DNA of 63,151 bases, the filler included, from Vannella sp. (taxonomy: Eukaryota), in the NCBI GenBank assembly GCA_023345925.1. It is 6 parts of 6 records of this genome, joined end to end, with 100 filler letters (N's around TTAATTAATTAA, not from the genome) between each part and the next. Parts side by side here need not be neighbours in the genome. Positions count along the whole stretch, not along the records: positions 1 to 9,075 come from JAJQQN010000443.1; positions 9,176 to 17,191 come from JAJQQN010000668.1; 4 more parts are not named here. One strand, written 5' to 3'. Positions 1 to 9,381 of this stretch are shown here, piece by piece. A program made the translations under genes and the position numbers. The notes under the pieces were generated by a model. It ran no database searches, was not told the DNA's origin, and saw only the letters and a program-made list of their open reading frames with translations. Position 1 is the stretch's first letter; each line of letters begins with the position of its first letter.

Positions 1-71
1 ATTATGACCGGAGTTGGCACCAGATTCGTTTGTTGAGGGACTTTTGGTCATTTCTCGCTCGTCCCTTTATT

Positions 72-951
72 ATGACTGTGTTAGAGCGCGCGCTGATACT
101 GTGTATCCTAGCTTGTCCTACTCTTCTGGTTGTTGGACAGCAACAGCACTCGTTCGATTGCTCGTACTTGTCGTCTTCGGGGGATCATTACGATTTGACT
201 GCTTTACGAGAGTGCGTTGCGTTCTTGTTCGGGATGAATGTTGTGTCTGAGCTTTTGTAGGCATGAGGACATCCACATCCCTGGCCACTCCAAGGACGAG
301 TTCGACTTTGCGGTTTGCCGTGATTCCTCGTCCTGTCCTGGTGCTCCCGCCTGCCACCGGTACTCTCATGGCTCTCCAACCATTTGGGGACACCTATTCC
401 CTCACCAGTGGGTGGAGACGTGTACGGTTACCCCTTCTGCATAGTCACTTCCCTAACACTTCCCAGTCACTGGCCCCTCCAATGGAGTCTCCCTTATCTA
501 CGCTAACGGGGACTTGTGCAGTGGCGATAGTGATAGACGCCGAACGACCACAATGATCTTCGAGTGCGACCCAAACGAATCACAGAAAGTGGTGGACTTT
601 GGCAACACTTGCAACGCGTACATTCGCATTCGTTCCAAGCACGCTTGTCCTCTACCTCGTGGAACTCCATCTCCAACCATGCAGCCTGGGTCCAGTCCGT
701 ATGCACAGTCTCAGGACGACTGGCACATTGGGCAGATTGTGGTGGTCCTTGCTCTGTTGATCTTCTTGGTGTGCTGCGTTGTGGGAACTTTGGTTTTCGT
801 TGGTTTCGTTTCCAAACGAGTGTTTGAAGTTTCACCTCAAGATACTTACGCAGCAATGATTAGCAGTGACTACAACAAGAACTCTTTTTCCATTCCCATG
901 GAGAAACACAATTCTGAAGGTTCTATGTTCCTCACTCCTGGGCTCAATTAA
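72..951 (+). CDS. Mannose-6-phosphate receptor homology (MRH) domain type-I membrane protein, 3 exons
   Basis: Signal peptide from ATG72; GT-AG introns 212-260 and 422-466 join frames; motifs YDLTAL, FAVC, LIYANGDLC, RTTTMIFECD, CNAYIRIRSKHACP; single TM and cytosolic tail. Confidence 0.75.
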
Positions 952-1017
952 GCCCCTCCTACTTTCTGTTAAAATGTTGTTCCTGAGATAGTGAGTTCGC
1001 CTTAGAGTGAGTTGGCG

Positions 1018-1040
1018 AGGGTTTAGGGTTTAGTGGATGG
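1018..1040. repeat. Internal telomere-like motif AGGGTTTAGGGTTTAGTGGATGG
   Basis: TTTAGGG units; 22/23 identical to 16337-16359. Confidence 0.8.
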
Positions 1041-3270
1041 CACTTTGTGGTTCTGGAGTGGAAGGCGGGTTAGCACGCAGGAGGAATTGGATTCTCTTTG
1101 CAAGAGAAGTGTTCTTTTGCTTCTCGCAAGAATCGAGCAGGATTTGGTAGGTTTCCGGATCCGGAAGCAAACCGAGCTCTGGAAAGCTGTCAAAGTAATC
1201 CACCGCGCGTGTGAGATTATCAGAACGACAAAGAACGCTCAAGAACTGATTCAGAGAGGGGGTGTTCAGGCGTATGCCCATCTTGCGGGTTCTATCTTTG
1301 CGATTCATATTCCGCTTGTCAAAATAGGTTTCTCTGGTGCGATATGCTTCAGAGAAGTGCTGGAATAGAACCTGATCGGGCTGGACATTGTCATCAATCA
1401 TCCGTTGGTTGATGACTTCCACTGCCAAGCCGACTTGATTCCGGCGGACTAACGCTTTGATAAGGGGAGTGAAAGTAAACACTGTGGGGGCAATGCCGTC
1501 TTCCTTCATTGATTGGAGAAGAGAGAAAGCTTCTGTCAGTTTGCTTTCCTTGCATGCTAGGAAGATCAATTGGTTGAACGTTCTATCATTGGAGCGAATG
1601 CCGGCGGCTCTCATCTGGTTCAACGTATTTTTCGCTCCTTCGTTATCGCCCGCATCAATGAGGAAGCTCAGAAGTAGGTTGTAAGAGATTGTTCCTGGAG
1701 ACACTCCCTTCTCTTTCATCCCATCCATTATTGAGGAAGCAGACTTGGCATCGTTGATGCGATAGTACGCCTGCAACAAAGGTGTATAGAGGCTCTCTTC
1801 TAATGATAGACCAGAGCTTTCCACTTCACTAAGAACTTCCCGCGCTTTGCGAAGCTGTTTCCGAGCGCAGTATGCTCGGATAAGCTCGCAATAGACCCGA
1901 GCATTCGGCTGCACCCCCGTTTTTGCCATCTCCCGAAGAGTGGTTCGGGCTTGGTCAAGCTCCCCGAGTTTGCATAAATGCTTCAAAACAACTCCATACA
2001 CTACCACGTCGGGATGGAGGCCGGATGATTTCATCTCACTGAGCACTGCATTGGCCTTCTCGACTTGATTGTCTTCATAATAGGCCGCCATCAAAGACGT
2101 GTAGATCTCCAGAGACCGAGATAAGCCAGCGAGTGACATTGTAGTGATGATCTCTCGCGCTTCATTGAACTGCTTCTGTTGACAGAACCAATGTGCCAGA
2201 GTGGCATAAGTGACTTGGTCCGGCTGGATCTCAATTTGCTTCATTCGGTGCAAAATAGACACTGCTTCGTCTCCTCGCTGCAGTCGGCAAAGAGATTGAA
2301 TGATTGTGTTAAATGTTACTATGTTTGGCTCCACAGAGGCCTTTTGCATCTCGTCAATGAGAGCCAAAGCCGCTTCTGGATGTCCGGAATCGCAGTGACT
2401 TGCAGCTACAATAGTATATGTGGCAACATCTGGAGTGATTCCTTGAGCTAGCATTTGGTCTAATTGCGCTCTCGCCTTGTCTGCAGAGCCGTTACGGCAG
2501 TGTAGATGGAGTATTGGATTTAGTGAGCGAGTGTCCGGTTGGTATCCGGCTTCTTTCATCCGTTCTACCATCGCCATGGCTCCTTGCAGGTCATCTTGGC
2601 CACAAAGGTTACGTATTGAAGTGCTATATGTCACCAGATCTGGTTGCACTCCACTGGCTTTCATCGCTTTCCACACATCCGCAGATCGAATGTTCGAGCA
2701 ACTCAATAGAATGTTGTAGGTTCGAGTAGTGGGTGGAATAGCCTGCTTGTGGTCTTCTATAAGACTGAGAGCTTCTTTAAACCTGTTTCTTTGACACAAC
2801 AAACGAAGGAGGGAGTGCAAAAGGGTCTCGTCCAAGGGTACATGTCGTTGCTGGACTGCAAGGAGGACTTTCTGGACCTTTGAAACGGGATCATGGCCCT
2901 TATAGTTGTTCACAGTGATGGAGTAGAGGTTCTCTGCGTCGCAGGGTGCTCGCAGTTGCAAGGCCGCCGAGCAAATTTTACTGACCGCCTCCATCGCCTC
3001 CTCATCCCTTCCAGAAGAGCTCAAACCTTGAACCAAATCATGATACGTCCGCATGCTATGTCCCACGCCCTCCCAGCGGTCCTCCGTGAGGAGCAGCTCG
3101 AACGCCTCCATGAAGTCTCCCGTCTCGACCCTCTTGATCGCTCTTATGTGGGTTTCCAGAGGGGAGACTCCAACCGTATCACCCCCACTTGTGTATACTC
3201 GCACTACGCTACTCAGAAGCTGCGGACGACATCCCCAGTGGACTCCGATAGCCACCCCCGCGCGCATCAT
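1030..3270 (-). CDS. P-class pentatricopeptide repeat (PPR) protein, probably organelle-targeted
   Basis: 746-aa ORF with many 35-aa repeats (PDLVTYSTSI, PNIVTFNTII, PDVVVYGVVL ...MK.AG..P). Confidence 0.95.
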   Translation of the reverse strand: MMRAGVAIGVHWGCRPQLLSSVVRVYTSGGDTVGVSPLETHIRAIKRVETGDFMEAFELLLTEDRWEGVGHSMRTYHDLVQGLSSSGRDEEAMEAVSKICSAALQLRAPCDAENLYSITVNNYKGHDPVSKVQKVLLAVQQRHVPLDETLLHSLLRLLCQRNRFKEALSLIEDHKQAIPPTTRTYNILLSCSNIRSADVWKAMKASGVQPDLVTYSTSIRNLCGQDDLQGAMAMVERMKEAGYQPDTRSLNPILHLHCRNGSADKARAQLDQMLAQGITPDVATYTIVAASHCDSGHPEAALALIDEMQKASVEPNIVTFNTIIQSLCRLQRGDEAVSILHRMKQIEIQPDQVTYATLAHWFCQQKQFNEAREIITTMSLAGLSRSLEIYTSLMAAYYEDNQVEKANAVLSEMKSSGLHPDVVVYGVVLKHLCKLGELDQARTTLREMAKTGVQPNARVYCELIRAYCARKQLRKAREVLSEVESSGLSLEESLYTPLLQAYYRINDAKSASSIMDGMKEKGVSPGTISYNLLLSFLIDAGDNEGAKNTLNQMRAAGIRSNDRTFNQLIFLACKESKLTEAFSLLQSMKEDGIAPTVFTFTPLIKALVRRNQVGLAVEVINQRMIDDNVQPDQVLFQHFSEAYRTRETYFDKRNMNRKDRTRKMGIRLNTPSLNQFLSVLCRSDNLTRAVDYFDSFPELGLLPDPETYQILLDSCEKQKNTSLAKRIQFLLRANPPSTPEPQSAIH

Positions 3271-3366
3271 CCTTGCCGATGAGCAAATGGGCCTTTCTCA
3301 GAGCTCTGGAGGGCTTCAACACGCAAGCGAACACTCTAGATCGAGTGTTTATGTCAAAGAAGCGCG

Positions 3367-4163
3367 CTAGTACGGCTGGTAGCGGTAGCCAGGCATCCTA
3401 CGACGGCGGGGGAACATTGCTCGTCGTCGGCGACGGCGCTGGGCTCCCATACACGGGAAGTTGGTGCGTTTGCTGATGACCTAGACCATGATACTTAGTC
3501 TTGTGTGTATCTGCGAGCTGGGAAGTGTCCCTACCTTGATAGGTCGTCCGTTAAGAAGGGACTCGTTCAGCTCCAGAGCGTTTGCAACGGACAGCTTGTC
3601 GCGGAACTCAACGTAAGCGAAGCTGATGAGAGGATAAGGATGTTGTCTTTGTGTGGGTGTGAGATGGAGGGAAAGGCTCACCCTTTGGGCTTTCCCAAGT
3701 GATCGCGCGGGATAGTGACGCGCTCGATGATACCGCAAGGGGCGAAGAGTGTTTGGATGTCTTCTGGTGTAGAGATATAGTCCACCTAGATGGTTATCTA
3801 TTAGAAGGGCCAGAAGAGCGCCTCTGCAGTGCCTTACGTTGCCAACATAGATGGAACGCTCATCGATGGATTTCTTCTCTGTGGGAGTGACTAGAGCCCA
3901 TTGAGAGTGTGCGGGGGCAGAAGAGAAGCATCCTTACGTAGAGCATTAGTTGGCGTTTGAGTCTGCATCTCCTGCATCATCTGTTCCATGCGGACGCTCT
4001 CCTCTTGCAGGTTTAGCACCCGTTCGGACATCTTCTTGATATCTTCCGCTGTGATAACGATCTCCTCTTCACCCTCTACCTCCTGGTTCACATCCTCCTC
4101 TCCCCCTTCCACTACAGAAGCCTCTTCTTCACTGGCAAGCTCTTCCTTGGGCACGTCGCTCAT
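3367..4163 (-). CDS. PABPN1: Nuclear poly(A)-binding protein 2 (PABPN1/Pab2), 5 exons
   Basis: Acidic N-term and coiled coil, spliced RRM (DERSIYVGNVDY..., KPKGFAYVEF..., ALELNESLLNGRPIKVISKRTN), Arg-rich tail ending YQPY. Confidence 0.85.
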
Positions 4164-4299
4164 GGCAGCAAGAAACTGAGCTGTTGGATGAGTCTGTCCG
4201 TTGTAGTGGTGAGGTGCAGGCCTCCTTGCTTAGTGTTGAATGGGTGGGAGGGCGTGGGAGTGCTCTCTGTTCCGTTCTGTATCGCTGTTTACGAGAGGG

Positions 4300-4983
4300 A
4301 TGCCTCGGTACGCTGTTGTGGCGTTGAATCACACTCTTGGAGGGTTCTTTGATGAGCTATGGAGTGGTGCAGCCCTGCGCATAGCGGCGGATGGAGGGGC
4401 GAACCGAGTTTATGATAGGAAGGCGGAGTTAGGCTCGTTATTGCCTTCTCCTCACTACGTGAAGGGAGATCTGGACTCTATTCGACCGGAAGTAGAGCTC
4501 TACTATCAAGGAGAGGGGTTAACACTCTATAAAGACCCCGATCAAGACACAAACGACCTACAAAAGTGCCTCGCCCTCTTCCAGTCCCACCAACCAGCCC
4601 ATAACTTTGCTGGCAGCCCGATTCTGATCTGTGGAGGACTTGGTGGCGTTCTCTCACATACTATGGCCAACGTAGAGTCAGTCCTACAGTACGCTCGACG
4701 CATAGACAACCCAATGTACCTCCTTTCAGAAGAGAATGTCGGCATTGTACTGTTGGAGGGGCACCATACGATCAACCTTAGTAACAACACATACTGTAGC
4801 TTCATCCCTTTAGGCCAAACATGCCAAATCAGCCACTCAACGAACCTACGTTATCCTTTAGACGGGCTCGAGCTCGCCTTTGGCAAGTTAGTGAGCACTT
4901 CCAACCAAAGCACGGCCGAACAGATCACCTTGAACATACAGCAAGGCCCTCTTCTCTTCCTAGCGGACGCCCGCAAGAGCTAA
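4300..4983 (+). CDS. TPK1: Thiamine pyrophosphokinase
   Basis: Motifs AADGGAN, KGDLDS, PDQDTNDLQKC, GGLGG, LRYPL, LVSTSN. Confidence 0.92.
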   Translation: MPRYAVVALNHTLGGFFDELWSGAALRIAADGGANRVYDRKAELGSLLPSPHYVKGDLDSIRPEVELYYQGEGLTLYKDPDQDTNDLQKCLALFQSHQPAHNFAGSPILICGGLGGVLSHTMANVESVLQYARRIDNPMYLLSEENVGIVLLEGHHTINLSNNTYCSFIPLGQTCQISHSTNLRYPLDGLELAFGKLVSTSNQSTAEQITLNIQQGPLLFLADARKS

Positions 4984-5118
4984 GCCGAGATAAACACCTT
5001 CCCGCGCCTCTCCCGGCCCATACACCTTCAAGAGAGCCGTTCTCTGCCTCTCACGATACTAGAAGTGATGGTAGTAGTAGGCTATGCAGTCTTAGAAGGG
5101 GGAAAAGGGGTCATTCTG

Positions 5119-8100
5119 ATGTGGGCGCGAGCGGGGTCGGTGGGAGGGCGCCGTTTGGCGGTCAAAGGAGGAATTTGGTCTCGAGGAGCGGTGAATCGGC
5201 CCACGGATAGAAGACAAGCGTACATTGATCATATAAGATCGTTGTTTGATGATCAGGGAGCCTGCAGGGACTTGGAGATGCTGCGAATGTGGATTGCAAG
5301 TGGAGGAGTGGAGGAAGGTCGCGCCTTGCAGTGGCTTGTGGCTCATTACAACCTCACCGGGGTCTCTGGTGCTGCTTACAACGCTATCAACGCCTTTACT
5401 AAGCTCGGGCATGTCCCAGATCAGTCCTTGTACCTCCCAGTGATGCAGGGGATGAGCAAACAAGGCGGCATCGACCGCGTCCTCGAAGTTTACCAGGAAG
5501 TGACTCGTTCCGGCGCCTTATTTGATGAAGCAGGACATACTACTATTGTCAATCTATGTCTTAGAGGCGACAAAGTGATCCCTGCGGCTCAGATAGTCTG
5601 TCGAATGAGAGAATCATCTCGCCCTTCCCAGATCCCCGACCTGATCACCTTACACGAGCTCCTCAAGCGTCTGATAGCCGAAGAGGAGAACGAAGCTCTT
5701 ACTGCGCGTCTGGTACGCCTTATCAAAGACGAGGTCTCGCTCCGAGCACTGCGCTTTCACGAGATCCTTGCGGAGGCTGGTTGGGTCCATCCTGCTCGCG
5801 TGGAGGCTCTCTGTCGCTTGCTGGAGGCTGAGGGCATAGAGATCGATGCTTCTGTATACTCCAACACGATCAGTTCGTACGTACGGCAGCGCCAGCTGCC
5901 TTTAGCCGTTCAACTTTCGCGTTATCTTCTGGAACAGCTTGGAACGGAGCTGAACTTTGCTCAGTTGGCCACACTGCTGAGTGGTAGTGTACTAGAAGGA
6001 AGGATTGATAGTGCAGAGACTATCATGGAGGCTCTCCTGCTCTATACAGAGAAGCATCCTCCTTCGAGTGGTCACAATCAGCTTGAGCAGCTGATTGTTC
6101 CCGCTACCACGCTGATCAGCGGCTACTTTGATCAACAGCGACATGAAGATGCTCTTGCACTGCTTCAAAGACTCACCAAACGCACGAACCACAGCGATGT
6201 GGTACTCTTAGAGACTCTCTTCGAGGAGTTCATGAAAGTAGGGCGCTCTGACCTGGCTGCAGAGATCATATCAGGCCCCTTTGTACAGCACTGTAACCGG
6301 GAGGCCTCAGGATCGAGCTCGCAGCGCAACTTTGACCGTTTAAGTGAGAGTCTCGTTCTCTCCTTTATTCAGGCGGGAAAGCTGGAAGAGGCTCAGTCTC
6401 TTCTCGGACAGCTGAAGGAGAAGAACTACTTCAATGCTGCAGCCACTAGTAGGCTGTTCAACAGCTGTGTGAACCATCAGCAGCAATCCAGCGAAGTGAT
6501 ATTGAATGTCTTTTCGGGGCTGGGAATGGACCTTCAGACGGTCCATTACAACATGATTATCAGCAAGTGTATCTCTGTTGATCCTCCACAGTGCGATGAG
6601 GCACTTCAGGTGTTCCAGAGGATGAAGGAGGCCTCTCAATTGCCTTCTTCGGCGACTTATAGTGTTCTTTTGTCCGCTGCGGTGCGCGCTGGACGGTTTG
6701 AAGATGCGCTGAATCTTTGTGAAGAGCTTCATAAGAGAGGAAGAGAGATCCCATCATCTTATACCCTCTCTGGGATTGTCAGAAGTGAGATAGACACTCA
6801 TTCTCCTTCCGAGTTGGTTCACTTGTTGGGATCCTTCAAGCGTTTACTACGCTATTCTCCTGAATTGGATACTTTGCATCCTCTTCTTGATCGGGCTGTA
6901 GCTGCAAGTGACTTATCAACCATAGAGAAGGTGATAGGACTCTCTGAACCTCACCAACTTGGCTCCAGTCAGCTTTACAGCAAAGCGATTCAATCCCTAG
7001 TGGACTCCAAGCGCATCGAAGATGCCCTGGTTCTATTTGAGAACTACAAAGCCTCTTGCAATGCACCGCTAGAACCAGAAATCGTGTCCTTTGTCATTTG
7101 CCATCTCATTGAGCGGCAATCCATTGATGCAGCCGTTGATTTGATAGCCAAACATCACAACAGTCCTGAGTCAATGGGCCTTGTCAACGCCATCCTGGCA
7201 GGTCTCTTGAAACAGAACAACTTTGAAAAAGTCCAAAATCTGGTCCAAAAGTTTCCGGAATTGGGATTGGTTCCGGATTCCAGCGTTGTGAAGACTTGTC
7301 TCGAAAGTGCTCTTCCTAATAGCGACTTTGCAGATCTCCTGAAAAGTGTGGAGGCTCTTCATGGTGCGGGATTGCCTTTTCTTCCAACTGTGTATTCGAT
7401 GCTCCTTCGATTTTGCTTTCTTCGAGGGGATTTGAGTGCTGCTCTGCGTGTGTTTGATCTGATGGCAAGTTTGTCAGTATCAGGAGATCCTGCTGATGCC
7501 AACGCATTAATCGGCGCCCTTTTGGAACAGCGGGACATGTCTGGGGCACTTTCTGTCTTCGAGCACGCGAGCAAGCTGGGTTGTGCGACCTCATCTAGTG
7601 CAGATCAATTGCTTTCGTATTGCTTGCGCATAAGGAAGCTATCAGAGAGCTATTCTATCTTCCAAATAGCAAAGGAAGCAAAGCTGAAGCTTCCATCTGC
7701 TACTTTAGTGCGCCTTTTAGAAGATACCATGGCAACCGCACCGACTAGAGCGTTGGCTATTATGGAAGGAGTCCACGAGGAACTCCCATGGAAGTCGATG
7801 GATATCTTTCCACTCGTTCGAGGGATGTTGCGTTCTTCAGCCTCTTTCCCTACTCATTATGGGAAGCTATTACGACTTCTCTCCACAAAGATTACCCCTG
7901 CCGAGCTCTGTTACAGAGAAGAGAGCCTTCTTGATCAACTGGCATTCTCATTTAGAGACTTTCCTGTTTTCCTGAAGAGTGTTCCATCAGCGGCGCTGCC
8001 TTCTATGCGGGTATTAAGAGAGTTCTTTGAGAGGTGCGTGTTCTATGGAGACTCTCAAGCTGCTCTTGCGGCTTTTGAAGCATGCCAAAGCCGCAGTCCG

Positions 8101-8511
8101 CCAGTAGATTGCCCTCATGTGGATTGGGAGAACCTCTTCTGCCAAGCTACCAAGTTCGAAAAGATTTACTTCTCACAAGAGACTCTTCAGCGGGTGGACC
8201 ACATCTTACCATCGTTGAGCAATGCCGCAATCCAACTCATTTTGTCTTCTATTCAAGGACAAAGTCACGCCCCAGAGCGAATAGAGCAGTTGTGGAAGAT
8301 GAGTAAGCCGCATCTGAGAGGCTTTGAGAGTGAGATGGTTGCTGTCTCCTTTCTGAACCATTTGATGGAGCGTGGAGACGTTGAGAACGCCAAATATTTG
8401 CTCCAAAAGAGCCAGCCGACCCTTGCGGCGTGTCTTTTGGAGGTTTTGAGTTCTTCAAAGGCCCCACTCGCTTCCACACTGCTTCAAACAACTCAAATGC
8501 GACCAAGTTAG
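5119..8511 (+). CDS. Large degenerate PPR / alpha-solenoid protein
   Basis: Intronless ~1130-aa ORF with PPR-like units (TVHYNMIISKC...EALQVFQRMKE, PSSATYSVLLSAAVRAGRFEDA); start uncertain (5065 or 5119). Confidence 0.75.
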   Translation: MWARAGSVGGRRLAVKGGIWSRGAVNRPTDRRQAYIDHIRSLFDDQGACRDLEMLRMWIASGGVEEGRALQWLVAHYNLTGVSGAAYNAINAFTKLGHVPDQSLYLPVMQGMSKQGGIDRVLEVYQEVTRSGALFDEAGHTTIVNLCLRGDKVIPAAQIVCRMRESSRPSQIPDLITLHELLKRLIAEEENEALTARLVRLIKDEVSLRALRFHEILAEAGWVHPARVEALCRLLEAEGIEIDASVYSNTISSYVRQRQLPLAVQLSRYLLEQLGTELNFAQLATLLSGSVLEGRIDSAETIMEALLLYTEKHPPSSGHNQLEQLIVPATTLISGYFDQQRHEDALALLQRLTKRTNHSDVVLLETLFEEFMKVGRSDLAAEIISGPFVQHCNREASGSSSQRNFDRLSESLVLSFIQAGKLEEAQSLLGQLKEKNYFNAAATSRLFNSCVNHQQQSSEVILNVFSGLGMDLQTVHYNMIISKCISVDPPQCDEALQVFQRMKEASQLPSSATYSVLLSAAVRAGRFEDALNLCEELHKRGREIPSSYTLSGIVRSEIDTHSPSELVHLLGSFKRLLRYSPELDTLHPLLDRAVAASDLSTIEKVIGLSEPHQLGSSQLYSKAIQSLVDSKRIEDALVLFENYKASCNAPLEPEIVSFVICHLIERQSIDAAVDLIAKHHNSPESMGLVNAILAGLLKQNNFEKVQNLVQKFPELGLVPDSSVVKTCLESALPNSDFADLLKSVEALHGAGLPFLPTVYSMLLRFCFLRGDLSAALRVFDLMASLSVSGDPADANALIGALLEQRDMSGALSVFEHASKLGCATSSSADQLLSYCLRIRKLSESYSIFQIAKEAKLKLPSATLVRLLEDTMATAPTRALAIMEGVHEELPWKSMDIFPLVRGMLRSSASFPTHYGKLLRLLSTKITPAELCYREESLLDQLAFSFRDFPVFLKSVPSAALPSMRVLREFFERCVFYGDSQAALAAFEACQSRSPPVDCPHVDWENLFCQATKFEKIYFSQETLQRVDHILPSLSNAAIQLILSSIQGQSHAPERIEQLWKMSKPHLRGFESEMVAVSFLNHLMERGDVENAKYLLQKSQPTLAACLLEVLSSSKAPLASTLLQTTQMRPS

Positions 8512-9075
8512 CAACCACCTCAGCTAAAGTCCAATTCATATCCCTTTCTTATTCTCTTCAGGAACGCAAGTTATGTGACGAAACAGAAGGGGAAGGAAAA
8601 GCCTGCCTCTCCAAAGATAGATCACAATCAACTAGTTGGGGAGCACTGCTACAATTGTCTTGGATGTTGGGTGGCGCCAAAGGTCGGTGGCAACTAGGAC
8701 CTTAGAAAAAGGGCCCAAAATCGATGCTGAGTGGGTGGAATCAGATTTTTATATGTTTTAGGTATTCAACTTTCTGCTTCCAATGCGCGATCAGTCGCCC
8801 TGGCTCATGATTCTCCAGAGAGGCTCTATTTCTGTTTCGAACCGCCAATGCCGGATTCGCAATCATTGCTTCTTCTGATAGCTTCTCCGACTTTTTCGGA
8901 ATTTAACATTCTGGTCCTCTGAAGAAGAGAGCAGGAAGAAACCAATCGCTGGTACTTTTGATGACAACATGTTAAGCGTGCATGAAGAATGCGGCTTTGG
9001 TAGGTCAGATCCTTTCAGTAGACATGACTAGGAAAAGGAAATCTTTAATCGAATGAGAGTCAGCGAGTTACACTC

Positions 9076-9175
9076 NNNNNNNNNNNNNNNNNNNNNNNNN
9101 NNNNNNNNNNNNNNNNNNNTTAATTAATTAANNNNNNNNNNNNNNNNNNNNNNNNNNNNNNNNNNNNNNNNNNNN
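9076..9175. other. Artificial contig spacer
   Basis: N-run containing TTAATTAATTAA six-frame stop linker, exactly 100 nt. Confidence 0.98.
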
Positions 9176-9178
9176 TTG

Positions 9179-9250
9179 CGTAGCTTGCCCTGATGACCTC
9201 CATCTCTTCAGGATAAGCTTTTGGACTGATTTCATTTTTTCACTTTTTGG
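9179..9250. repeat. Dispersed ~72-nt non-coding repeat, copy A
   Basis: 70/72 identical to 50299-50370; diverged copies at 50250-50298 and 52279-52339. Confidence 0.9.
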
Positions 9251-9381
9251 ATGTTTGAAGACGACAAGGGGAAATGACTTTTCGGACGTGGTTGAGTGGG
9301 GCGATGAATTGTCGTCCTTTGGACTGGGAGAATTGTTCCAAATCTTTAGGAAATTTCCTTCTTTTGGACTTTCATTGTTTG

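Noticed and set aside
8512..9075. Short ORFs at the end of contig 1
   Set aside because: No recognisable motif or consistent exon chain
9190..9250. CTGATGA in the dispersed repeat as a hammerhead ribozyme core or canonical C/D snoRNA
   Set aside because: No downstream GAAA or stems II/III; the C-to-D span is only ~40 nt with no terminal stem, and box C is altered in two copies
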